From Myxococcota bacterium (GTDB lineage Bacteria > Myxococcota_A > Polyangia > Polyangiales > Sandaracinaceae): 64,000 bases of DNA. The notes under the pieces were generated by a model. It was not told the origin of the DNA and made no database searches. It saw only the letters and a list, made by a program, of their open reading frames with translations. Made by a program: the position numbers and the translations under genes. The stretch covers positions 1 to 64,000 of the forward strand of contig JAYZQJ010000155.1 of NCBI GenBank assembly GCA_036149055.1, written 5' to 3'. Positions 25,965-37,425 of the stretch are shown here, in pieces; position 1 is the first letter of the stretch, and the number at the start of each line of letters is the position of its first letter.

Positions 25965-26053
25965 TGGAGCCGGCCAGGGTCGGCCTGACGACCTCACCCA
26001 TCGCCTTCGGCGACCGCGAGCCTGGCGCGACAGCCCAGCGCGAGGCGTCCGGT

Positions 26054-27514
<1,461 letters not shown>

Positions 27515-27805
27515 CGCGACATGCTACGTCGAGCCCACCGGATCCTGTCTCCGAATCCTGCGGATCGGGGGCTCCTCGGGCGGTCTCAGATCGACGCGAG
27601 AATCTTCTCCCTCCTCGAGGCGCCCCGACGGTCTCGCGGCAACGCGCCGAAGCCTAGTTCGCCCCAAGGCGTGCGACTACGAGCATTGATGCTCTACCCC
27701 GACTGCATCCCAGTGGAGCATCTTTGCTATAGGGCGTTGCCCACCACGAGGGCTCGTTCAGCGAGGGGTGGGGCCATGCTCGGCGGGGCGCGCTACTCTG
27801 GGCGG

Positions 27806-29917
27806 GTGCGCTCTCCCCTCGTCCTGCGCTGCGTCGCGCTCCTCTGGTTCAGCGCGTGCGGCGGTGGGGAGGTGCCGGCGGACGCCGCGGTGGACGCAGG
27901 GCCGTGCGTGCCGATCACCTGCGAGGACGCGGACGCCGAGTGCGGCGCGATCGACGACGGCTGCGGGGGCTCGCTCGCCTGCGGAGACTGCGCGCTCGGC
28001 GAGGCGTGCGGGTTCGTGCGGCCCCTTCGGTGCGGCGGAGAGTGTGCTTCGGACGCCGACTGCGATCGGGGCGAGGTCTGCGATCTCGGCGCCGCGCGCT
28101 GCACCACGGGCTGCCGCACCGGGTCTTCCCTCGCCGTGGACCTGCCGCATCACCCCGTGACGTTCGAGGTCACCCTCGACGGCGCTCCGCTGCCCGAAGC
28201 GGCCGGGGGAGCAGTGCCGACGCTGCAGATCGTTCCGCAGGCGACCGCCGGAGATGCGAGGTCGGGGTACTGGCTGCACCCGTACGAGCTCGACGACGGA
28301 TCGTGGAGACTTCGCGACCGCCTCGAGGGCAACCTGCCGCCGGGTGACTACGAGGTCTGGTACTCGCTCGAGGGCGGCGATCCGGCCGCCCCGTTTCCGT
28401 GGGCCGGGCACACTCGCCTGACCGCGCTCCGCGTCGAGCCCGGGGACGCGACCGTGGTCGTCGACATCCCGGTCGCGCACGTCACGCTGCGGACTCGGCT
28501 GTCCTCCGCGGCCTTGCCGGAGGTCACCGACGGATGGTCGAGCTCACCCCGACTCCAGGTCGCTCGGTCGACGTTCGTCTCCCTCTACGACGAGGTCACG
28601 GGCGAGCCGCGCGCGGCGATCACGGTCCCCCTGGTGGCCGGCGCACCGTTCTCGGTTCGGTACGACGGCAGCGACGACGCGGCCTTCGCCGCCTTCCCCC
28701 GGAACGACCTCTCCCCACTCCACGAGTCGATCGCGGTCGACGGCGACGTCGTCGACCTCGACATCGGCGCAGTGCGCCTCGCGGTCGAGCTGCGCTTCGA
28801 TGGATCGCCGGCCGGGCCGGGGACGCATCGTCTCGTCCTCTCACGCGACGGCGAGCCGGATGTTGTCGTGGAGCTCACCGACCCGGCGTCGACCGACCTC
28901 ACCCTCCGCCCCGGCATCTACGGTCTGGAGTATCGCGGCAGCGCCGCCGGCGGGGGCACCCGCGGCGTCGAGCTGGTGGCGGCGACCGACGGGCGGCGGG
29001 TGCTGGACTTCGCGACGACGCGGGCCACGTTCCGGGTGACGACGAGCGCCGGGCCGCGCCCGGGCTGCCCGGGATCCGCGCACATCTTTCTCGGCGCCAC
29101 CCGCATCGACCTGGGACCGAGCGATGAGGAGACGCGGGTGACGGCGCGCGTCCTCGAAGGCGAGTACGTGCCGAGCTTCAGGCCGGGTGAGCCCTGCGCC
29201 GAAGGAGAGAGCGGCTGGCCGGCGGACGTGGCGGCGCTCCCGGCGGTGCAGGTTCGCGGAGAATCGCCGGAGGTCTCGCTCTTCGTGCCGCGTCACGCGC
29301 TCACGCTCGCCGTGACGCTCGACGGCGAGCGGCCGCCGGACCTGCCGGCCGATGGCGGCTCCGCACCCTCGCTCTGGGTGGACCCCACGGAACGGGGCCC
29401 GGGTGCCGCCGGCGCGTGGGTACCCCTCTACCGTGCGGCGGAGGACGGCATCGTCCCGGTCACCACCCGCACGCTGTGGCTTCACGATCGGGAATACGAC
29501 GTGCACTACGACGGCGTAAGCGGCGACTACGAGGCGGTCTGGCCGGTCGGCGCGCGCCGGGTCCTGGGCGCGCTCCATCCAGCGACCCGACCGACCGTCT
29601 CCATCGACGTCGCCCGGGCTCCGAGTCGACTCGAGGTGACGTCGGGAGGGCGTCCGCTCCCCTCCCGCGTGGAGGAAGGGTGGGAGCATCTGGCGCCGGT
29701 CATTCGTCTGACGGCCTCCGAGGGCGAGGCGACCCAGGTGGTGCTCTTCTCGACCGACGGCGTCCCGATCGCGCCTCGCGAACGATGGCACGCGCCGGGG
29801 CGATACCAGCTGACGTTCGACGGGTACACGGACCGCCACCGCTTGGGCACGAGGTTGTACGCGCGGTCGGGGCTGCCGCCGCTGGGCACACCGCTGGGAT
29901 GCTGGGACGCACGCTGA
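27806..29917 (+). CDS. Lipoprotein with Cys-rich N-terminal repeats and repeated beta-sandwich-like modules
   Basis: LWFSA-C lipobox; CGAIDDGCGG; recurring VTLDG..P / PG.Y...Y motifs; start 27776 or 27806. Confidence 0.75.
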   Translation: MRSPLVLRCVALLWFSACGGGEVPADAAVDAGPCVPITCEDADAECGAIDDGCGGSLACGDCALGEACGFVRPLRCGGECASDADCDRGEVCDLGAARCTTGCRTGSSLAVDLPHHPVTFEVTLDGAPLPEAAGGAVPTLQIVPQATAGDARSGYWLHPYELDDGSWRLRDRLEGNLPPGDYEVWYSLEGGDPAAPFPWAGHTRLTALRVEPGDATVVVDIPVAHVTLRTRLSSAALPEVTDGWSSSPRLQVARSTFVSLYDEVTGEPRAAITVPLVAGAPFSVRYDGSDDAAFAAFPRNDLSPLHESIAVDGDVVDLDIGAVRLAVELRFDGSPAGPGTHRLVLSRDGEPDVVVELTDPASTDLTLRPGIYGLEYRGSAAGGGTRGVELVAATDGRRVLDFATTRATFRVTTSAGPRPGCPGSAHIFLGATRIDLGPSDEETRVTARVLEGEYVPSFRPGEPCAEGESGWPADVAALPAVQVRGESPEVSLFVPRHALTLAVTLDGERPPDLPADGGSAPSLWVDPTERGPGAAGAWVPLYRAAEDGIVPVTTRTLWLHDREYDVHYDGVSGDYEAVWPVGARRVLGALHPATRPTVSIDVARAPSRLEVTSGGRPLPSRVEEGWEHLAPVIRLTASEGEATQVVLFSTDGVPIAPRERWHAPGRYQLTFDGYTDRHRLGTRLYARSGLPPLGTPLGCWDAR

Positions 29918-29938
29918 CGCGGTGCCCAAACCCGCTGC

Positions 29939-30895
29939 TCAGCGCTCGATGGCGTAGACGAGCACGCCGTCGTCGCCGCCGACGATGACGCGACGGTCGC
30001 CGTCGAGCACGAGGCCTCGCTCGGTGGCGCCGCCGGCGCGGGCGAGGAGGCGGCGCGAGGCGACGTCGAAGATCGCGACGCCCTCCGCGAAGCCGACGCC
30101 GGCCACCCACGAGCCCGCGAACGAGAGCGCGACGAGGTCGCCGGGCAGGTCGTCGGTGGGGAGCGCGCCGAGGGGCTCGCCGCTCGCGCTGCGGAGGGTC
30201 ACGGTGTCGAGAACGATGGTGGCGAGGGTGCCGTCGCGCGAGCCGAACAGGACGTTGCCGGCGGCGGCCCAGCGGCGGCGCTCGGACAGCGTCGCCGGGT
30301 CGAGCTCGGCGACCTCGCGCTCGACGCCGTCGGGGCTGGTGAGCACGAAGACCGCCTCGGACGTCTCGACCACCGCGTAGGGATCGGCGACGGCGGAGGT
30401 CACCGCGATCGCGCCGTCGGGGCCCACGCGCTGCACCTCGTCCCGGGTGGTGCGCAGGAAGCCGTCGCCGCTCGCGATGACCGCGCGGGTCCGGCCCTCG
30501 AGCGCGGCGATCACGGCGCCGCTGGTGTCGAGCAGGGTCAGGCCTGAGAAGGTGCCGACCGCGACGCGATCGCCGCTCCAGGCGAGCGCGCCCTCCATGA
30601 ACAGGTCGCCGTCGCCGACCTGATGCAGCGCCCGCGAGGCCGCGCCGTCGAGCGGCAGCGCCACGACGCGCCCGCCCCACCCGGCCGCCACCGCGTTGGT
30701 TCCGTCGGGCGAGAGGGCGAGCGCCTGCACCGCGGCCGGCGCGTCCGCGTCGTGCTCGAGCAGGACCGGCGAGGCGAGCTGAACGGGAGACGCGCCCGGG
30801 TCGTCGGTGGGGCCGTCGGTGGGCTCGGTGACGGGCGCGCGGTCGTCGCAGCCGCAGGTGGCGAGGGCGAGGCAGAGAACGGCGAGGTGCTTCAT
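29939..30895 (-). CDS. WD40-like beta-propeller lipoprotein
   Basis: MKHLAVLCLALATCG-C; ALSPDGT...AAGWGG; VIVGGDDG. Confidence 0.75.
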   Translation of the reverse strand: MKHLAVLCLALATCGCDDRAPVTEPTDGPTDDPGASPVQLASPVLLEHDADAPAAVQALALSPDGTNAVAAGWGGRVVALPLDGAASRALHQVGDGDLFMEGALAWSGDRVAVGTFSGLTLLDTSGAVIAALEGRTRAVIASGDGFLRTTRDEVQRVGPDGAIAVTSAVADPYAVVETSEAVFVLTSPDGVEREVAELDPATLSERRRWAAAGNVLFGSRDGTLATIVLDTVTLRSASGEPLGALPTDDLPGDLVALSFAGSWVAGVGFAEGVAIFDVASRRLLARAGGATERGLVLDGDRRVIVGGDDGVLVYAIER

Positions 30896-30992
30896 GCCGG
30901 GCGAGGTTGAGCCATTCTCGAAGGCGCGGCGGCGGATGGCGCGGAGGCGGAACGGGTTGGCGCGCGCCCGGAAGTGATGACAGCGTCGCGAC

Positions 30993-31823
30993 GTGCGTAC
31001 GCCCACCGAAGACGTGGAGGCCTTCTTCGCCGCGCCGCGACGCCGCGCGCTGACCCGGCGCTCGTTCGCGGTGACGGTCACCGACGGCGGCACGCTGGCG
31101 ATGGTGGCGCGCGGCGACATCCACGCGCGCGACATCGAGGAGGGCATGGCGCTCTTCCGCGAGGCGCACCGGCTGGGCACGCGGCGTCGGCAGCTCGTCG
31201 ATCTGCAGCGGGTCCGCTCCTACTCGGCAGCCTCGATGGAGGCGCTGGTGCGCTTTCACGAGGAGGACGAGGCGTACGCGCAGGGCGTCGCCCGCGAGGC
31301 GGTCGTGCGGCCCGGTGGCGTGCTCGGCGCGTTCGCCGAGGGCTTCCATCGCGCGGCCGAGCTGCCCTTCGAGGGCCGGGCGTTCTCGAGCGCGGCGCGC
31401 GCCTTCGAGTGGCTGGGCGATCCCGTCGGGTGGGGCCCGCTCCAGCCGGAGCGATGGCTGGAGGCGGGCGAGGACGCCGCGCTCGTCGCCGCGGTGGAGG
31501 CTCGGGTGGTGGCGCTCGGCGCGACGGCGTCGGTGGCCGACGTCGCGGCCGCCCTGACCACCTCGGCCCGCACCCTGCAGCGCCGCCTCCGCGCCCGCGG
31601 CGAGGACTTCCGCTCGCTCCGACGCCGCGCCCTCGTCCGCGAGGCGCAGCGCGCGCTCGAGACCACCGACCGCTCCATCAAGGAGATCGCCTACGACCTC
31701 GGCTTCCGCAGCCCGAGCCGCCTGGTCGACGCCTTCCGCCGCCAGCTTGGCACGTCGCCGTCCGGCTACCGCGAGGCGGTGGCCCGAGCGAAGACGACGC
31801 GCGCTTCGCCGGGACCGAAGTAG
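30993..31823 (+). CDS. AraC family transcriptional regulator
   Basis: C-terminal SARTLQRRL and SIKEIAYDLGF...AFRRQLGTSPSGYR. Confidence 0.92.
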   Translation: MRTPTEDVEAFFAAPRRRALTRRSFAVTVTDGGTLAMVARGDIHARDIEEGMALFREAHRLGTRRRQLVDLQRVRSYSAASMEALVRFHEEDEAYAQGVAREAVVRPGGVLGAFAEGFHRAAELPFEGRAFSSAARAFEWLGDPVGWGPLQPERWLEAGEDAALVAAVEARVVALGATASVADVAAALTTSARTLQRRLRARGEDFRSLRRRALVREAQRALETTDRSIKEIAYDLGFRSPSRLVDAFRRQLGTSPSGYREAVARAKTTRASPGPK

Positions 31824-32215
31824 TCGGGCTCGGAGCGAAGCTCCTCGAAGCCCAGGCTCCGGTAGAGCCGAGCGGCGGCGCTCCCCGGCGACGCGGTGAG
31901 CAGGACGCGCCGGCAGCCCTGCGTCGCGAGCGCCTCGACCGCGGCCTCGGTCAGGCGGCGGCCGAGCCCGGTCCGGCGCGCCGACGGGGCCACCGCGAGC
32001 GACAAGATCCATCCCTGGTCGTCGCGCTCCCCTCGCCCCGCGAGCACGTAGCCCGCCAGCGCGGCATCTCGGGTGGCGACCAGGAGCGAGCCCGGCCAGA
32101 GGTCCCAGGCCTGCCGCAGGAAGAACGCCGGGTACGCCTCTTCCCCGAACGCCGCGCGCTCGAGCCGCTGCACCTCGGGCAGCTCGCCCTTCTCCGCTGG
32201 ACGGATGACCGCCAT
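31766..32215 (-). CDS. GNAT family N-acetyltransferase (RimI-like)
   Basis: ILSLAVAPSARRTGLGRRL, LYRSLGF, DYFGPGE. Confidence 0.9.
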   Translation of the reverse strand: MAVIRPAEKGELPEVQRLERAAFGEEAYPAFFLRQAWDLWPGSLLVATRDAALAGYVLAGRGERDDQGWILSLAVAPSARRTGLGRRLTEAAVEALATQGCRRVLLTASPGSAAARLYRSLGFEELRSEPDYFGPGEARVVFARATASR

Positions 32216-32249
32216 CTCGCCGCTAACTCTCATTGCGCCCGACAATAGC

Positions 32250-32531
32250 AAGCGCATCGCGGCACTTCGCGTACGCTGCGCCGAGGACGGGACGCACTCG
32301 ATACTGGACATCGATCGCGTCGGCGACCAGGCAGGCTACGGGACCGCTGGGCCGCTCGCGGCGGACGAGCTCAGGGCGCTCTTCGGCACTCTCGAGCCGA
32401 CTCGTAGCCAGGTGACCGGCGCACAGGATTCCCTCATCGGTCGCCGTCGACGCGGCATGGCCTCTCATGTCGTCGTCCTCGCCGATGGCGCGCCCACGGG
32501 GATCACCTTCGCGGGCGTCAGCGGTGACTGA
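32250..32531 (+). pseudogene. C-terminal fragment of a conserved hypothetical protein
   Basis: EDGTHSILDI...LFGT.EPT...ITFAGVSGD; no start codon between the GNAT start and this fragment. Confidence 0.5.
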
Positions 32532-32563
32532 GAGAACGGGATCGGCTCACCGATGCCTCCCGC

Positions 32564-34132
32564 TCATCGGCCCCAGTTGCTGGGCGCGAAATCTCCGGCG
32601 AGCCAGGCCCAGTAGATCTCGCGCCAGGTGTAGAGGCGCGCGCCGGTGAGCTCGCCGCCGGTGTAGGCGTTGGCCGTCGCTCCGGAGGCCGAGCGGTAAG
32701 AGCCGCCGGCGTACTCGCGGTTGTCGAAGGTCACGCCGTCGAGGGTGAAGGTCTCCGGCATGGCGAGCACGTCGTCGATGCCGTGCGCCGCCTCGAAGTC
32801 GTCGGCCACGTGGTTCCCGTTGGCGTCGTGAGAGTCCGGGTGGACGTTCACCGCCAGGGGCGGGAAGCCGCCGACCTCGTCGATGGTGTCGAGGCCGCGG
32901 ACCCCGGTGCCGTCGCGGTAGTCCTGGAGCACTCGCTCGTCGACCGCGTCGCGGGCGCGGCTCGCGCCGACGTCCTCGAGGAGGGCGCCCTCGAGCTCGC
33001 TCGCCGGGATGGGGTCGTAGAGCGAGCCCTCGTGCGCCCGCCGGTCGCGCGCGTGCGTCATGAACCTCGAGTCGTACATCTCCGCGACGTCGGCCCCGAC
33101 CTGGAGGTTGTCCGCGCCGTAGACCTCGGCGTCGTCGAGGGAGGCGTCCGGGTTCTCGACGCGGTTCACGTTGAACGTGACGTTGTGGGTACGCTCGGGC
33201 GGGACGGGCCCGGACTTGTAGACGTTGCCGATGACGTCGACGGTGGCGACCGTCGCGATGGTCGTGGCCCGGTTGTAGTCGAAGACGATGTTGTTGTTGA
33301 ACTCGTAGACCTCGCCGCGCCCGTAAGTGTTCTCGGGGATCCGGTTGTCGGTGTGGGCGAAGAGGTTGCGGATCAGGCTGATGCGCGCCGTGTCGTGGGC
33401 GATGAGCACCTGATAGTGGTTCAGGCCCTCCGCGAGCAGGCAGTGCTGGACGGTCACGTCGCTCACCGGGCTGGTCGGGCGGCCGCCGAACGACAGGTTC
33501 TCGTCGGTGCCCCAGGAGAGCGAGCAGTGGTCGGCGATCACGTGGCGCAGCGGCTCGCCGTCGCGCTGCCGGATGATTCGCAGGGCGTCGTTGCTGCGTC
33601 CGTCGCGGTTGCTCCGGCGGACCCGGAGGTGACGCAGGATCACCTCCGACGCGCTCACCCGGAGCGTGCTGTGGCGCAGGGTGATCCCGGGCGCCGGGGC
33701 GGTCTGGCCGAGGATCGAGACGTTGGGCTCCCGGATGCTCCGCTCGATCGCGGACCAGTCGATGTAGCCGGACGTGGCGAAGACGATGACGCGCGGGCCG
33801 GACGCGCTCATCGCCTCGGCGAGCGTGCCGGGGCCCGTCTCGTCGAGGCTGGTCACCTCGATGACCCGCCCGCCGCGGCCGCCCGAAGTGTAGGCGCCGT
33901 AGCCGTGCGCGGTGGGGAACGCCTTGCGCTCGCCGAGCCGGACGAGGTCGGGGGCTCCGCCGTCCGTGGCCGCGTCCTCCTCGATCCCCGCGTCGCCGGG
34001 CGGGGCGGCGTCGGCCACGACCTGCGCGTCGAGGCTCGTCTCCGGGCGGTCCGGGCGCGGGTCGGGCGCCTCCCCGTCGCAGGCGGAGAGGAGGAAGGCG
34101 AGAGCGAGCGCGCAGCGCAGGAGAGGGGTCAT
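32564..34132 (-). CDS. Pectate lyase (PL1-like) lipoprotein
   Basis: Lipobox LLSA-C; AFPTAHGYGAYTSGGRGGRVIEVTSL, GQTAP, ADHCSLSWGTDE. Confidence 0.88.
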   Translation of the reverse strand: MTPLLRCALALAFLLSACDGEAPDPRPDRPETSLDAQVVADAAPPGDAGIEEDAATDGGAPDLVRLGERKAFPTAHGYGAYTSGGRGGRVIEVTSLDETGPGTLAEAMSASGPRVIVFATSGYIDWSAIERSIREPNVSILGQTAPAPGITLRHSTLRVSASEVILRHLRVRRSNRDGRSNDALRIIRQRDGEPLRHVIADHCSLSWGTDENLSFGGRPTSPVSDVTVQHCLLAEGLNHYQVLIAHDTARISLIRNLFAHTDNRIPENTYGRGEVYEFNNNIVFDYNRATTIATVATVDVIGNVYKSGPVPPERTHNVTFNVNRVENPDASLDDAEVYGADNLQVGADVAEMYDSRFMTHARDRRAHEGSLYDPIPASELEGALLEDVGASRARDAVDERVLQDYRDGTGVRGLDTIDEVGGFPPLAVNVHPDSHDANGNHVADDFEAAHGIDDVLAMPETFTLDGVTFDNREYAGGSYRSASGATANAYTGGELTGARLYTWREIYWAWLAGDFAPSNWGR

Positions 34133-34209
34133 GCCGAGCGTGAGTCTACGGATCTCTCACGGCCCCGGCTCCCCCCCGAATCGCACGCTGTGCGGCGCTC
34201 CCGGGGCGC

Positions 34210-35478
34210 TCAGCGGGGCCGCGCGCTGACCTGGCCCGCGAGGTCGTCGCAGACTGCGCCGAGGGCCGGGCACTGCCGGGTCAGCAGGGCCGCCAGCCCG
34301 CCGAGCGCGAGGGCCCGCGGACCGGAGGCGTAGGCGCCCGGGGCGGTCTCGAGCACGGCCGCGCCTTCGCAGACCGGCTCGCCGTCGCGGAGGAGGCGGA
34401 GGTTGGCGACGGTCTCGCGGGAGCCGGCGACGCGACGCTCGGCGGACACCTCGCTCGCGACGAGTGTCCAGCGCACCGCCTCCCACGGGTCGCCCCTGCC
34501 GCCCAGGGGCCAGTCGGTGGGCACCTCGTAGAGGAGCTTCGAGTAGGCCTGGCCGAAGGTGACGGGCCCCCGCGGCCTGCGGGTCGGCACGGCCACCGCG
34601 TGCGGACCGCTGACGACCGCGGTCGCCAGGGAGTCGTAGCGATCACGGCCCAGCGCCAGCAGCGCCTCGGGCGCGATGGGCTCGGCCGGGCAGCCCTCTC
34701 CGAAGGGCGTGGCCAGCGGCGCGTCTTCCGGAGGCAGGCTCGCCAGCGCGGGCTCGAGCACGCGGGCGCGGTGCACGCGGTCGGCCTCGAGCGTCGTCTG
34801 GTGGTAGAGCGCGAAGGGCACGATGAGCAGGAGGTAGGGCGGGATCCAGATCACGAAGAGGCTGAGCGCCGCCATGCGCGCCCGGAAGGTCGGGTAGCGC
34901 GGGTCGCGGGTCGCCGCCGACGGGAAGAGGAGCGAGCCCTTCGGTCGCTGGTCGGCGGGCAGCCGCTCGTAGTCGCGATCCGGCGCGACCTCGGCGAGCG
35001 CCCTCCGGAAGGCGGAGAGGTTGGCGATGCGGCTCAGCCAGATCGTGCGCGCGAGCTTCCCCTGACGGTCGACCATCAGCGCGCCCTGGAAGAAGCGGTA
35101 GCCGGAGATCTCGGCCCACGGGATCACCGTCTTCTTCAACCGGATGCCCGTCTTGGAGAGACCGACCGGGCCGTAGTCGACCATCTCCCAGCCCCGGAGC
35201 TTCTCCAGGTCGCGCGCCCCCGCGCGGAGGCCGGCCTCGTGAGCGAGCCGCCGGGCGACCTCGGTGGCGCCCTCCCCGCGCACGCGCTCGGAGGCCTCCC
35301 GGCCGTCCGCGAGCACGACCCGGATGGTGCCCTGCTCGCCGCCGAGGAACGGCTGGGCGATGGCGGCGGTGCCCCGGTACTTCACGTGCACGTGGTGAAA
35401 GTAGACTCGCGCCACTTCATCCAGCGTGGCCTCGAGTCCGCCGACAGTGAACCGAGCGCCGTCGAAGGTCACGGTCAT
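34210..35478 (-). CDS. Hypothetical membrane protein
   Basis: Starts MTVTFDGARF; central TM ALSLFVIWIPPYLLLIVPFAL. Confidence 0.7.
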   Translation of the reverse strand: MTVTFDGARFTVGGLEATLDEVARVYFHHVHVKYRGTAAIAQPFLGGEQGTIRVVLADGREASERVRGEGATEVARRLAHEAGLRAGARDLEKLRGWEMVDYGPVGLSKTGIRLKKTVIPWAEISGYRFFQGALMVDRQGKLARTIWLSRIANLSAFRRALAEVAPDRDYERLPADQRPKGSLLFPSAATRDPRYPTFRARMAALSLFVIWIPPYLLLIVPFALYHQTTLEADRVHRARVLEPALASLPPEDAPLATPFGEGCPAEPIAPEALLALGRDRYDSLATAVVSGPHAVAVPTRRPRGPVTFGQAYSKLLYEVPTDWPLGGRGDPWEAVRWTLVASEVSAERRVAGSRETVANLRLLRDGEPVCEGAAVLETAPGAYASGPRALALGGLAALLTRQCPALGAVCDDLAGQVSARPR

Positions 35479-35565
35479 GGCCGCGAGCGTACGCCTCGCC
35501 CGCGAGCGCTGCCCAGCCCCCCTCCCCCCCTTGCACCGCCGCGTGGCGGGGACGATAGGAGGGCG

Positions 35566-37419
35566 ATGACTGGCGCTCTCGTGATCGCGTTCCTGATCCT
35601 GGCGGCGGGCGTCGTGGCGGTCCCGCTCGCGACGCGCTTCGGGCTGGGCTCGGTGCTCGGCTACCTCCTGGCCGGCGTGGCCATCAGCCCGCTGCTCGGC
35701 GCGCTCCGCGTCGACGTCGGGGCGCTCCAGGTCTTCGCCGAGCTCGGCGTCGTGATGATGCTCTTCCTGGTCGGGCTGGAGCTCGAGCCGAAGAAGCTCT
35801 GGCAGATGCGCGGCAAGCTGCTGGGGGTGGGCGGCAGCCAGGTCCTGGTGACCGCGGCGGTGCTCGCGGGCATCGCGCTGATCGACGGGCGCGCGTGGCA
35901 GACCGCGATCGCGATCGGGCTCGTGCTGACCCTCTCGTCGACCGCGATCGTGCTCCAGACGCTGACCGAGAAGGGCCTCCTGCGCAGCGAGGGCGGCGAG
36001 TCGAGCTTCTCGGTCCTGCTCCTCCAGGACGTCTCGATCATCCCGATCCTCGCGGTGCTCCCGGTGCTCGCGGCGCCCGGGCTCGTCGGCGCGGCGGGCG
36101 ACCCTCACGGCGGCGGTCACGGCGAGGGGATGAACATCACCGCGTCGATGCCGGACTGGCTGGCCGCGCTCACCACCCTCGGCGCGGTGGTCGCGGTGGT
36201 GCTCCTCGGCGCGTTCCTGGTGCGCCCGCTGTTCCGCGTCATCGCCAAGGCGCGCCTCCGCGAGCTCTTCACCGCCGCCGCGCTCGCGCTCGTCATCGGG
36301 GTCGCGCTGCTGATGACGCTGGTCGGGCTGTCGCCCGCGCTCGGCACCTTCCTCGCCGGCGTGATGCTGGCCAACAGCGAGTACCGGCACGAGTTCGAGA
36401 GCGACATCGAGCCGTTCAAAGGCCTGCTGCTCGGCCTGTTCTTCATCACCGTCGGCGCCGGCATCGACTTCGAGCTCGCGCGGGAGAACGTCGGCTCGGT
36501 CGTCTTCTGGGCGCTGGTGGTGATGGGCGTGAAGATGGCCGTGCTCTACGCCATCGGCTGGGCCTCCGGGCTCCGGCGGCAGGCGCTCTGGCTCTTCGTG
36601 CTCGCGCTCCCGCAGGCCGGCGAGTTCGCGTTCGTGCTCATCAGCTACGCCGTCGGCAACGCGGTGTTCGACGCGGCGCTCGCCGAGCTGCTCCTGCTGG
36701 TGGTGGCGCTGACGATGCTGCTGACGCCGCTGCTCTTCATCGTCTACGACCGCGTGGTCGCGCGCTTCTACTGCACCTCGGGCGAGCGCGAGGCCGACGT
36801 GATCGAGGAGGACGGCCCGATCCTCATCGCCGGACGCGGGCGGGTCGGAGGCCTCGTCGACCGGATGCTGCAGGCCGCCGGCTACTCGACCACGGTGATC
36901 GACTACGACAGCTCGCACCTCGAGATCGTGCGCAAGTTCGGCTTCCGCGCGTACTTCGGCGACGCCACCCGGCCGGACCTCCTGAAGTCCGCCGGCATCG
37001 AGCGAGCGAAGCTCCTGGTGGTCGCGCTGGACGACCGCGAGCAGATCGACCGCCTCGTGAAGTACGCCATCGCCAACTATCCGAGCCTGCACGTCACCGC
37101 GCGCGCCATCGACCGCAACCACGTCTACGAGCTGTGGGCCTACGGCTGCCGCGACGTGATCCGCGAGACCTACGACAGCTCCCTGCGCATGGGTCGCTCG
37201 GCGCTGGAAGCGCTCGGCATCGACCGCGCGCAGGCCCAGCGGATGACCGACGCGTTCGAGGAGATGGACCGCAGCTCGATGCGCGAGGTCGCCGATCTCT
37301 ACGACCTCGAGGTGCCTTACCACCAGAACGAGCCGCTCATCGCCAAGGTGAAGGAGCTCCGCGAGCAGTGGGACCCCGTCCTGCGCGAGCAGATGGACGA
37401 GATCCTCCGCAAGCGCTGA
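35566..37419 (+). CDS. kefC: CPA2 monovalent cation:proton antiporter with TrkA-N domain (Kef-type K+ efflux)
   Basis: AGGAGG RBS; GLGSVLGYLLAG, AELGVVMMLFLVGLEL, YRHEFESDIEPFKGLLLGLFF, YFGDATRPDLL. Confidence 0.9.
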   Translation: MTGALVIAFLILAAGVVAVPLATRFGLGSVLGYLLAGVAISPLLGALRVDVGALQVFAELGVVMMLFLVGLELEPKKLWQMRGKLLGVGGSQVLVTAAVLAGIALIDGRAWQTAIAIGLVLTLSSTAIVLQTLTEKGLLRSEGGESSFSVLLLQDVSIIPILAVLPVLAAPGLVGAAGDPHGGGHGEGMNITASMPDWLAALTTLGAVVAVVLLGAFLVRPLFRVIAKARLRELFTAAALALVIGVALLMTLVGLSPALGTFLAGVMLANSEYRHEFESDIEPFKGLLLGLFFITVGAGIDFELARENVGSVVFWALVVMGVKMAVLYAIGWASGLRRQALWLFVLALPQAGEFAFVLISYAVGNAVFDAALAELLLLVVALTMLLTPLLFIVYDRVVARFYCTSGEREADVIEEDGPILIAGRGRVGGLVDRMLQAAGYSTTVIDYDSSHLEIVRKFGFRAYFGDATRPDLLKSAGIERAKLLVVALDDREQIDRLVKYAIANYPSLHVTARAIDRNHVYELWAYGCRDVIRETYDSSLRMGRSALEALGIDRAQAQRMTDAFEEMDRSSMREVADLYDLEVPYHQNEPLIAKVKELREQWDPVLREQMDEILRKR

Positions 37420-37425
37420 CCGCGC

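Noticed and set aside
27714..27727. Sigma-54 promoter TGGAGCATCTTTGC
   Set aside because: The GG-to-GC spacing is one base short of the strict -24/-12 requirement.
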